DNA of 64,000 bases, taken from positions 14,549 to 78,548 of the IMG/VR virus record IMGVR_UViG_3300042896_000648; one strand, 5' to 3'. Positions 10,984 to 20,145 of the stretch are shown one piece after another. The position numbers were made by a program, and so were the translations under genes. Within the stretch, counting starts at the first letter, position 1; each line of letters opens with the position of its first letter. The notes under the pieces were generated by a model. It searched no databases, was not told the DNA's origin, and saw nothing but the letters and a program-made list of their open reading frames with translations. This DNA comes from a virus.

Positions 10984-11088
10984 AGTAAGATGGCGGAATG
11001 GTAGACGCTACTACGTGATGTTCATGTATGCCTATATTATTTAGGTTTCGCTTACATGGCTTTACAGGTTCGATTCCTGTTCTTACTA
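10984..11088 (+). ncRNA. tRNA-like RNA with a non-canonical anticodon/variable region
   Basis: Perfect acceptor AGTAAGA/TCTTACT, Leu-type D-arm GGCGGAATGGTAGACGC and T-arm ACAGG-TTCGATT-CCTGT. The central 45 nt do not form a standard anticodon arm. Confidence 0.7.
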
Positions 11089-11106
11089 CTAAAATAAATA
11101 ATAAAA

Positions 11107-12126
11107 ATGAAAGAAATACAATTATTAAACGAGAAATCGCAAATATCATGGTGTGATTGGTCAAATGGTACTTACACTCCACGCATTCAGTGGAACAGGT
11201 ATTCTCATAAGTCTGATAGGTTTTACTTTGCCAAACCACAAGATACAGTAGTTACAGCAATTGGAATAACTTCGGTTATAGATAAGTCTTTTGGTGAATC
11301 AAAATTTCTTCGTGAATGGAAAGATGCCAGAATCTCATGGAAGGAGGACTTAAATAAAATGTCGCTTTATGGCACTATGCTTCATGCAGCGGTTGGCGAA
11401 ATGGCTAAAGGCCAAGAAATTTCAGATGTTTGGTTTCGCCTTGCAGATGAATATTTTGATAAGAAAATTCAGTTCAAAAAAGACATTCTTTCTATTAAGA
11501 AGTGGATTATTGATTATAATGTAGAGTTCATTTTTATTGAAGGGATACTTGCTAAACAATTTAAGCTACCAAATGGTTACTCTTATATTTGCTCAGCAAT
11601 AGACTTTTTCTGCGAAATAGACCTAGTTACTAAGGTGAAATCAGAAGAGCCTGATGGAGAATATGTAAGGGGTGATAAGAAAGGTCAAGTTAAAACTAAG
11701 ACTGTCACTACTGAAACAAAGTCAAGAGTTAAGGCAATTATTGACCTTAAAAGTAATTTTGACCAAAAGGAATCTAAATCATTCTTTGATTCACATAAAT
11801 ACCAATTAATCTTTGGTCGTGATTTAATAGCACATGAATTTAACTTACCTAAAGAGGATATTAGAATGTTTAATATTTCCCCTCTCGGTTGGAATAAAGA
11901 GCCAAAGTTTACGTTATTCGAGCACGTTATAGGCATTAATCGTCAAGGTTTTTCAGACGAATGGATACTTAACAACAGAATAAATACAGCAATAGCCGAA
12001 GGTCAGGTAACGCCAAATGGTCTTACATATACTATTAGCGATAAGCTAAGTTTAGGCAGTGTAGATGATATTATTATCCAAAGCTACGAAGAGAAAGCAG
12101 AAGAACTTTTAAGAAATAGGAATTAA
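11107..12126 (+). CDS. PD-(D/E)XK family exonuclease
   Basis: GTMLH, E..L, ID, IIDLKS and YQL motifs of lambda-exo/Cas4-like phage nucleases. Confidence 0.65.
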   Translation: MKEIQLLNEKSQISWCDWSNGTYTPRIQWNRYSHKSDRFYFAKPQDTVVTAIGITSVIDKSFGESKFLREWKDARISWKEDLNKMSLYGTMLHAAVGEMAKGQEISDVWFRLADEYFDKKIQFKKDILSIKKWIIDYNVEFIFIEGILAKQFKLPNGYSYICSAIDFFCEIDLVTKVKSEEPDGEYVRGDKKGQVKTKTVTTETKSRVKAIIDLKSNFDQKESKSFFDSHKYQLIFGRDLIAHEFNLPKEDIRMFNISPLGWNKEPKFTLFEHVIGINRQGFSDEWILNNRINTAIAEGQVTPNGLTYTISDKLSLGSVDDIIIQSYEEKAEELLRNRN

Positions 12127-12290
12127 TAACATACGCCCTTGTACCGTTGCCTATTTCGCATACGCTCAATTTTGCGGTTGGTTTAGACATAGTGTTTCTG
12201 TATTTGCTTTATTAATTCCGAGTTCATTAGCAAAAAGATTCACATGGGGGTTGGCTACTTACCAGAAAGTAGTTAAAACTTAAAAAAAAT

Positions 12291-14018
12291 ATGGAAGAAT
12301 TAAATGATTTAATCGGTAACTACAAATTAAAAATTGAATTACTAAAAGAGTTATCTAAAGCTATGAATATAAGTAATTCATACAGATTAGAAGTTAAACT
12401 TGGTTGCTATAGGAGTTTTTTACAAGATTTAGAATTATTGGCAAAAGATATTGAAGAAAATAAATTATGAATAATTTTTTAGAAGAACTTAAATGTTATT
12501 TTGCAACAACTCCAAAAGAAAAAATAATGGAGGATTGGAATAAAAGTGTAGAATTCAATAAGGTTGGAATTACTATTGACGAGTTTTTGAAAAATTCAAA
12601 CTTAAAACACAAAAAAATGGAACAAATAGAATACCTTATTGGGACATACGAGAATAGAGTTAAAGTACTAAAAGATTTAATTGAAAAAGACGATTCAGAA
12701 AGACTAAAAGTTAAGCTTGGTTGTTATCGTTCATTTTTAAATGATTTAAAAAACGCAAGAAAATCTGCATCAATGTTTTAATTATGAAAATAAGAGAATA
12801 TATAACAAATAAAAATACAACAACTGATAGCGATACATTGCTTGAATTATATGAGCAATTAAAAGAATATAAGTCTGTACCTGATTTAACTAATTTAAAT
12901 AGTATAGATAAAGACTTGGATGAATTATTCTTTAAAGTTAATGATAAAGCTAATATTTTAAATAGATTAATTAATCGTTCTATTAGTCTAGTATTAGAAG
13001 ATATTGACGAAATAGATTGCGGATTCTTAAATAGAAAAATACCACCTCATATTAAGAGTAAATTATGAAAACTAAAGAAAAGGCAAATGAGTTAGTATTA
13101 AAATATTTAAAACTTCAAGAAGAAGGTAGTTTAAATTGGTTTCATAAAATATTGGCTAAACAATGCGCAATTATTGCAGTTAATGAAATTGTTGAATTTA
13201 TGAGAATGGATGATGAATTTCACGATGATTGCCACATGGCTAATACGCATTGGGTTATGTATTGGGATGAAGTTAAAAAAGAAATAGAAAAATTATGACA
13301 GCAAAAGACAAATCACAAGAACTAGTTGGTAAAATGTTACTAAAACACGAAATACCTTATTATTTAGCTAAGGAATGTGCATTAATAGCGGTTGATGAAA
13401 TATTAAATTTAATGATAAAAACTTTTAAATGGGATGTTAAATATAATGGAAATGTCGAATATTGGCAAAAAGTTAAAGAAGAAATAAATAAATTATGAAA
13501 TACTTACTTATATTCCTTCTTGGCTGTTCTAATCCAGAGGTTATTTGTTATCAAAAATCAACTTTTTGGGGTTTAGATAAGTATTCAGGGCACGATGGTT
13601 TTCCGCAATACGACATTAAGGAAACAGTCTGTAACCCAAGCAACACTCTTGATACTATTTCATGGGAAGATTTCGTTATCTTTCAGTACGATACCGCTAC
13701 CAACCGGTTAAAACTTGGCAATACAGTTAAACGAAAATTAATTACTACTTATACAAGATTATGAAAGTTATAGAAGAGCAAATTATTATAGAGGAAAAAG
13801 AAATAAAATTCAATCAAAAATTTATTGATTTGCTTCAAGCTTACTTAAATGATGGATATAGCGAAATATCTTGTAGTGAAATATATCTTTATAAATATAG
13901 GTCAGAGACAGACAAAGAATGGCAAGATAGACTATTTAGAATTTCAGAGGCTAATAAGCTAGTAGGTAAGGTAGAATATCAACAATATCTTAAACTAAAA
14001 GAAAAATACGAAAAATAA
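12291..14018 (+). other. Island of small ORFs including paralog pairs (12291/12618, 13065/13295) and lipoprotein-like 13495
   Basis: Shared VKLGCYRSFL motif and AK.CA.IAV.EI..YW..VK.EI.KL motif. ORF 12291-12470 (59 aa) was read by hand. Confidence 0.6.
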
Positions 14019-14055
14019 TTTCAATAAATCAATTTCAAATAATCAATTTCAACAA

Positions 14056-14730
14056 ATGGCTGCACAGCAAAACAACACAACCAACGGTAGTACTAATTAC
14101 TACAACATTTCTTACGGTAAGTTAAATTCTAAGGTAAAGGAAATACCTAATAATACTACCGAAATCACAGAATCGGAGTTAAAGGAAAAAACTTTAGCTG
14201 TAGAAAATGTGGATTTACGCAACAAGTACTTAAATAAAGGGAAAGGTGAAAGACCTTATGTTCAATTTTTTGATTCTATTACAGGATCTATTCAGTCGGT
14301 TGAAAAACAAGAATCAGACAATGGCACTTCACTCGCCATTACATTAAGAGACACTGACTTAGATAGTTCTATTGTACAGGTAAAGTTTTACTCAAAGTAC
14401 TCAGAGAATCTGCTTAATAGGCTAATGAACTGTAAGCTTTCTGGCGATGTATATTTTCAGCCTTATGCTATTCCAAATGAATCTGTAATAGATGGTAGGA
14501 AAATTAAATTTTATACGCAAGGTGTTCTTGTTAAAGAAAACGGAATTAAGGTAGAGCCTTTCTATAAGGCAGATTCAACTGTAATGCCAGCCACACAACA
14601 AGTTAAAGTTGGAGGCAAGGCATCTACATCAAGGGATGCAAGATTAGACTTCCTATTCGATAAGTTCATGGAGAAGTTCGAAAGTACAGGTAAGTCTGAA
14701 GAAGACGATTCAAGTTCACTTCCTTTTTAA
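14056..14730 (+). CDS. Putative single-stranded DNA-binding protein
   Basis: Beta-rich body and acidic C-terminal tail EEDDSSSLPF typical of SSBs, followed by a terminator. Confidence 0.55.
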   Translation: MAAQQNNTTNGSTNYYNISYGKLNSKVKEIPNNTTEITESELKEKTLAVENVDLRNKYLNKGKGERPYVQFFDSITGSIQSVEKQESDNGTSLAITLRDTDLDSSIVQVKFYSKYSENLLNRLMNCKLSGDVYFQPYAIPNESVIDGRKIKFYTQGVLVKENGIKVEPFYKADSTVMPATQQVKVGGKASTSRDARLDFLFDKFMEKFESTGKSEEDDSSSLPF

Positions 14731-14755
14731 AAATACAACTAAACGGATATTGCTT

Positions 14756-14788
14756 AATCCTACTTATTTTATAGGTAGGATTTTTTTT
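14756..14788 (+). terminator. Intrinsic terminator
   Basis: AATCCTACTTAT/ATAGGTAGGATT hairpin plus T-run. Confidence 0.8.
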
Positions 14789-14830
14789 ATTCGCTCTAGT
14801 TTAGTATATTTGTAAAAAAAATATACACAA

Positions 14831-15025
14831 ATGGAAGAAGCAAAATTAGCAACACAAGAAGAAGTTCAAGAACAAGTAACAAAGGCACTAGACCTAGTTA
14901 AACAAGGGATAGATAACATTAATCAGGCATCGGCTGTGCTTTCTAGTAATTCTATCTTTATCAATTTTGATGTAAAAGAAGGTAAGTTAGAGGCATCAAT
15001 AAATCAAGTAATCGCAAAGCTATAA
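14831..15025 (+). CDS. Hypothetical protein
   Basis: Has its own promoter element TATATTTG at 14805-14812. Confidence 0.55.
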   Translation: MEEAKLATQEEVQEQVTKALDLVKQGIDNINQASAVLSSNSIFINFDVKEGKLEASINQVIAKL

Positions 15026-15155
15026 AAATTATAGATAATCTTATTATGATACTATTAAAAAATTGGTTTTTAGCTTTCTTAATCTTTGTGGCCGCTGTTA
15101 TCGTAGAATACTTTAATTAAATAATTTAATTAATATACTTTAATTAATATTAATT

Positions 15156-16205
15156 TTGAACCCAATCAAGTTTAAGCAAGTCGGGCTTAGCACCGATTAT
15201 AACGACCCTCTTACGCTCTCCACAATCGAATACAGGTTGGGAGAGCAATGGTATACTACAGTTCCGAAATCGGCAGTTCCAAACTGTAAGCTAAACTTAG
15301 GTCTTATTCGCAATTCAGATGATTGCGTTTGTGATGCCAACATTCTAGAGTCCACGTCTTGCCTCGTTTCCCTGCCGAATGATAATAAGTCTTATCTTTC
15401 GGTAATTATCCCTGATTTTGAGAATATAGAACCTTTCGTCATCTACAGGAATGTGCCTATTGATGGATATTATGAACCGGTTGAATTATTCTTGTTTGAT
15501 GGCGGAACGTTTGATGAACTCGTTATTTACGCACAGTCTTACAAGGTCGGGGTTGAGGTTCTTTCGTACGGTCTTAAATTATTCTTTAACATAGATTACG
15601 CTACCCAGGCTTGCTTTATCGAAACGTCAGGCGAGGCCTACTTGCTTACAGAAGCCCTCTTAATCAATAGGTCGAACTATTACGGAATTACGTTTAATAT
15701 CACTACGGTGGGGTGTTATAGACTAGCTTTAATTAATACGAGTGATGAAGTTCTAGCTATTTCTAATAAGATTAATGTAGTCGCACATAAGAATAAGTTT
15801 TCTAATATCATTGAATATAATGATAATGGATTTTATCATCGTTTCCGTACATATCTTTATTGCACTTACAACCTGGTTGTTGAAGAAGACGAAAAAAAGC
15901 TTTCTTCAGGCAACGTATCTATCTCAAACGTAATCACTCGCCAGCAAGCATCTGTTAACACGGGGTGGTACTCAATTAAGGAGCATCGTGATATTATACG
16001 TATCTTAAAATCAGGAGTTAAATTAGGTGGCGAAAAGTGTTTTCTTAGGGGTGAGTACTCTTTATCAGAAGAGAACCATCTCCGCCAATCTACAGGTTCA
16101 GGTACTCTTTATTTCCCAGAGGATTCTACTACTTGTTATTCAGGCCAGTCTTCAGAGTTTCAACTAGAGTTTATTGAGGAGGAGAAGATTCAGAATGTTA
16201 TTTAG
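15156..16205 (+). CDS. Putative virion (tail) protein in inverted orientation
   Basis: 349-aa beta- and Cys-containing ORF compositionally like the minus-strand structural genes. Start codon uncertain (TTG). Confidence 0.4.
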   Translation: MNPIKFKQVGLSTDYNDPLTLSTIEYRLGEQWYTTVPKSAVPNCKLNLGLIRNSDDCVCDANILESTSCLVSLPNDNKSYLSVIIPDFENIEPFVIYRNVPIDGYYEPVELFLFDGGTFDELVIYAQSYKVGVEVLSYGLKLFFNIDYATQACFIETSGEAYLLTEALLINRSNYYGITFNITTVGCYRLALINTSDEVLAISNKINVVAHKNKFSNIIEYNDNGFYHRFRTYLYCTYNLVVEEDEKKLSSGNVSISNVITRQQASVNTGWYSIKEHRDIIRILKSGVKLGGEKCFLRGEYSLSEENHLRQSTGSGTLYFPEDSTTCYSGQSSEFQLEFIEEEKIQNVI

Positions 16206-17037
16206 TCATATCTAAGTAATTCTTCTTTTATTTTATTTATTTTTCCATATATTTCAACTCTTGTTTTTTTGCTTCTTTCATAGTCTTTTTCTGTAGCCCA
16301 AACCATAGTTCTTTCATTTAGTACAGAAAAGTAATTGAGCAACGCCACCAGTTCACTTGGTGGTAATCCTTCTATTCTTCTTTTTGTTTCAAAGGCCTCC
16401 TTTATCTCTCCACCACACATAATTACTTCGTATGCTATTTGATTTTCCATTTATATATTCCCTTCAATTGATATAAGTCCTTTTCTATTCAATTCAGATG
16501 CTAATGACATAAATAATGCCATTGTAGCTTCAGTACTTAAATTTACAACAGTTGTTACACTTTTTCTTTCTACAATGTGACCTGCCCTTACACTATAATC
16601 TTCATCTGTAACTAATGATTTGAATTTAATACTATAATCGCCATTATCTTTACTTAATGTCATTATCCTTCTATTCTTGATTTTGCAAACTGTCGCATTT
16701 CCAAATACTGTTCTTTCTATTTCCATGTTATTTAATCATTATTTATGATTTCGATTATTTTTCTTAAACTTGTTAAACTTAAGCTCATATTACCATACTG
16801 CGTAATTTTACTTCTTATTTCACTCTGTAATTTATAAATTTCTTTTTCATCTAAAATACATTGCTTATTTACATAAAGTTGTGTTTTATTTGAATACTCA
16901 GTATCGTATTTTAATGTTTCTTTAGAAAATCTACCTCTGTGATTTTTACATTCAAAATATTTATTTCCAATTTTAATTACCTCGTATTCATTCAAGTCTT
17001 TGCTGTATAATACTTGTCCTATTTTCAATATTTCCAT
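16202..17037 (-). other. Three small hypothetical ORFs (16202-16450, 16451-16726, 16732-17037)
   Basis: Packed co-oriented ORFs. Confidence 0.6.
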
Positions 17038-17042
17038 TTTAT

Positions 17043-17636
17043 TTATTTATAAATTCCTATTTCTTTATTATATTGTTCACGCAATTCTTGTTGTTCACGT
17101 TTCGTATACACACTCCCTTGTCTTTGAAGTTCCTTTAGTATCTTATACGCTTTAGTGTGTGCTATTTTTAGCTCTTCTTTGTCATGTTTAAGGTCTTTAT
17201 ATACTTGTCTTAGGCTTTCTATATACTCGGTGTATTCAGCTCCGTATCTGGCAGTTAATCCTAATCTATACTCGATTAAGTTTGCGCTTAAATGCATATT
17301 ACAATGTACGCATTGGCCATGTATGTTATGTAGGTTAAAGGTTATGTTCTTATTGTTACCACTAGGGTAGTAATGCCCTCCTTGTTCTACTTTTCCTACA
17401 CAGCTTATGCAACTCTGCTCTCGGTCTATTAGTCTAGCTATGTGGTTTATAGTTTTCTGAAGTTTAATCATACAGTCTTTTACTGTTTCTGTTTTTTCTT
17501 CAAGTACCTTTTTCCTTTTTTTCCAACCATCGCTGTCTAGTTTTTCACGCCCTATTTTTATAGCACATTCTATACAGAATTTCTGCGTTGTTTTGTATTG
17601 AAAAAACTCCTCGCCACATTCTTTACATTTTTTCAT
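17043..17636 (-). CDS. ninG: NinG/Rap-like recombination endonuclease
   Basis: CKECG..C, RD..CISC, GHYY, FNLHNIHGQCVHCN..LSANL.EYR pattern. Confidence 0.8.
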   Translation of the reverse strand: MKKCKECGEEFFQYKTTQKFCIECAIKIGREKLDSDGWKKRKKVLEEKTETVKDCMIKLQKTINHIARLIDREQSCISCVGKVEQGGHYYPSGNNKNITFNLHNIHGQCVHCNMHLSANLIEYRLGLTARYGAEYTEYIESLRQVYKDLKHDKEELKIAHTKAYKILKELQRQGSVYTKREQQELREQYNKEIGIYK

Positions 17637-17978
17637 TTACTTCGAATGTTAATAGTTATATTTTCGACAACTTGTGATTTAAGATATTGAAAGTTAGTTT
17701 GTTATGATATATTAATACATATAGTAGTTCTAATCAAGCCTTTGCCTCGGCTCTTTCGGTGTTGGTTGGCACTCAATTTTTAATATTTTTTGCCAACGCT
17801 CTTTTAAAAGTATGTAACTAATATATAATCATCAGCAGGTACATAAACACCGTTGTTATATTTGACTTTTCCAAATGCTTTATTTCTAGCATCTAACTCA
17901 TTTTCTGCATGAACTAATATATATTCAGGTGATGCATATTGCCATGTTTTTACTTTAAATAAAAAAGCTTTCATATAA

Positions 17979-18290
17979 TTAGTTTTTTAATTTTTCAATT
18001 GCGTTAATAGCTGCTTCATTAGCCTCATTTTCTGTTTTAAAAGAGCCTATTCGAATATTAACAATGAACCTTTCTTTTGATTTATCATAAAAGCAGTATT
18101 TTTTATTTTTATTGGTAGATAATTCAGAAAGATTTTTTTCAACATCTAGTCCAGCTCTAATTACGGCTTTAGCCATCTTATAAGCACGAATTGCATCTAT
18201 TTCATTGTCAAATATTCCAAGCAAGTAACTTTCTTTTTTATATCTAATTTGCCCGTGATACTTATCTTTTCTTTTAAAATATCCATTCAT
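17979..18290 (-). CDS. AP2-like DNA-binding domain protein (cassette cargo)
   Basis: Y.GQIR..YLLGIFDNEIDAIRAY and a second IGSFKTENEA repeat. Confidence 0.65.
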   Translation of the reverse strand: MNGYFKRKDKYHGQIRYKKESYLLGIFDNEIDAIRAYKMAKAVIRAGLDVEKNLSELSTNKNKKYCFYDKSKERFIVNIRIGSFKTENEANEAAINAIEKLKN

Positions 18291-18476
18291 AATTCCTGCG
18301 AGCTATCGCCCGTTTGCTATTCTAAAAAATATTAAAAATTAAATATTGACTATTTACTGGTTAAAAGGCACTAAGCGGCCAGCTTAGAACATGGTATTGT
18401 GGCAATAAAAAGCCCACACACTAGCCATAAACGCACATTTTTTACTGACCACAACACCCCGCCGTTATAGGGCATT

Positions 18477-18617
18477 TCAATTACCTATATTAAACCTTGT
18501 CCAATTTCCAGAACCGTATTCTTTATTTATTTCAAACTCCCATTTATGTCTAGGTTCATTGGTGTAAAATGAACCAATAAAAATATTTCCATTATATACT
18601 TCTAATTTTGTCCACAT
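18477..18617 (-). CDS. 46-aa cassette ORF (MWTKLEVYNG...)
   Basis: Read by hand. It fills the space between two attC-like sites. Confidence 0.5.
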   Translation of the reverse strand: MWTKLEVYNGNIFIGSFYTNEPRHKWEFEINKEYGSGNWTRFNIGN

Positions 18618-18718
18618 AACTAAAAACGCCCTATAACATGGCATACACAAAAGCGGGGCGGAACGCTTATCATGTATGTTCGGGTTAAAGAAGCCCCGCC
18701 TTCGTGTATGCTTTGACG

Positions 18719-18868
18719 TTACCTTTTACAATACCACTCACAAATAGTTTCACCATCCTTCTTCTTGAAGTCAAACTCACAGTACGCTTGCCAATAGCTA
18801 GGCGTTGCCGTCTTTCTATAGCAGTCTTTAAGTTCACACTTTTTGTTGGTACACATTGTTATATCCAT
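18719..18868 (-). CDS. Small Cys-rich protein (MDITMCTNKKC...)
   Basis: Read by hand. The TAA stop overlaps the TAAC core of the attC-like site. Confidence 0.55.
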   Translation of the reverse strand: MDITMCTNKKCELKDCYRKTATPSYWQAYCEFDFKKKDGETICEWYCKR

Positions 18869-18889
18869 AATTAAAAATATTTTAATGTT

Positions 18890-19222
18890 TTAGTCTTCCA
18901 TTAAAAAATCGTAAAGGTCTCCGCTTGTAGCTAGGCATATACCCGTCCCATTGCTTCTGTTCGCTACATCTTTCTTCCACTTCATTCCGTACTCTAGTTC
19001 ATACATAAAATACATTATCCAATCGCCATCGTCTTGCATAGCATTAATCAGTAGTTCCATTAAGGCTTGGTAAGTCTTATTATTGTAGCACATTACTGTG
19101 GAATCAGGAAACATCTTTTCAAATGATTTTGCAAATTCTTTTTCCGCTCGTTCTTGTAGTCGTATCTGCTCTATTGTGTAGCAGAATAGGTCTTTTGTGA
19201 TTTTTAGTTTTCCTTTTTTCAT
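18890..19222 (-). CDS. Hypothetical protein
   Basis: ORF coupled to the upstream methyltransferase. Confidence 0.55.
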   Translation of the reverse strand: MKKGKLKITKDLFCYTIEQIRLQERAEKEFAKSFEKMFPDSTVMCYNNKTYQALMELLINAMQDDGDWIMYFMYELEYGMKWKKDVANRSNGTGICLATSGDLYDFLMED

Positions 19223-20010
19223 TTTATTTCAGGTATTTGTTCTTTTAAATATTTATAAATTTTCCATGTCTGAATTTTAGGTGAAGAAATAAATGGATAT
19301 AAGTTTTTCCAATCTGTATTTTTCATCACTTCTAAAATCTTTTCTCTATATATTTCATTTTTAATAATAATATAGTTTTCTTGGCAAAATGTTCCTATTT
19401 CTTTCACTTCCTTACCAATACTTGCACCATATGTATTCATTGCAAAATGAAATATTTCAGGTTTTTTATATGTACCACCTCTTCTATATTCACCGACAAA
19501 TACATCGTTTAGTTTGTAATCTACTGCTTTTGTATTTACGCCATTTTCAGGTCTTTTATATATATTAAAGCAACATAATAATTTAATGCCACTATATTCA
19601 ATCAATGGTAATACCTCTGAACAAATCAAATCAAACTCATACATTTGTTGGTTATTTTGGTATTGGCTTACAGGTAGAATAAAAGAAATATAATCTCCAA
19701 TTTTACAACATTTTTTATAAAAAGCAACACTTAAAGTATTTCGTGTTCCAAAAGGCGGATTACCAATGAATAACCTTCCTTTTTTGTAAGGCAATTCAAG
19801 TTTTAGAAAATCTTTCTTAATAATACTTTCATGTTCAGGTTCTAAGTCATAAGCAATACAATTTGGTATTTGTAAACTAAAGCTTCCATTACCTGCACTC
19901 GGCTCAATAGTTTCAGTTATTTCTAATCCTAATCCATTTACCAGCTCAATACAATATTTCGAAAGTTCTTTTGATGTATAATATTTATCTAAATTTATTT
20001 TTGCCATCAC
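19219..20010 (-). CDS. DNA amino-methyltransferase
   Basis: IEPSAGNGSF SAM-binding motif and GNPPFG catalytic motif. Confidence 0.85.
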   Translation of the reverse strand: MMAKINLDKYYTSKELSKYCIELVNGLGLEITETIEPSAGNGSFSLQIPNCIAYDLEPEHESIIKKDFLKLELPYKKGRLFIGNPPFGTRNTLSVAFYKKCCKIGDYISFILPVSQYQNNQQMYEFDLICSEVLPLIEYSGIKLLCCFNIYKRPENGVNTKAVDYKLNDVFVGEYRRGGTYKKPEIFHFAMNTYGASIGKEVKEIGTFCQENYIIIKNEIYREKILEVMKNTDWKNLYPFISSPKIQTWKIYKYLKEQIPEIK

Positions 20011-20100
20011 TTATTTTTCTTCATCTTTATTTTTAAATTTAGGGGCAAGGTCTTTAATCTCACCCCTATTAAACGGTCACACCAGTAGTCCGGGTGCTCA

Positions 20101-20108
20101 CAAATGTA
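20101..20108 (-). promoter_or_regulatory. Early-type promoter -7 element TACATTTG with a hairpin-containing leader
   Basis: Consensus match, followed by the TAGGGGTGAG/CTTGCCCCTA hairpin. Confidence 0.55.
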
Positions 20109-20145
20109 ATTATAAGATTTTACATTTCCAAATATTTTGTTAAAT

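Larger units (their letters stand above)
17719..18723 (+). mobile_element. Integron-like cassette array 1 (terminal half-site plus two attC-like sites)
   Basis: GTTCTAA(17727)/TTAGAAC(18384) and GTTATAGGGC(18464)/GCCCTATAAC(18628) are complementary cassette ends. Imperfect inverted repeats lie at 18388-18466 and 18634-18721. Confidence 0.65.

Noticed and set aside
11030-11046. TTA at the centre of the tRNA-like loop read as an ochre suppressor / alternative genetic code
   Set aside because: The loop lacks U33 and R37 and is displaced. TAA ends most genes and long ORFs are intact in code 11.
15112-15158. AT-only stretch with three TTAATTAA palindromes
   Set aside because: Low complexity in an AT-rich genome, so no function can be supported.
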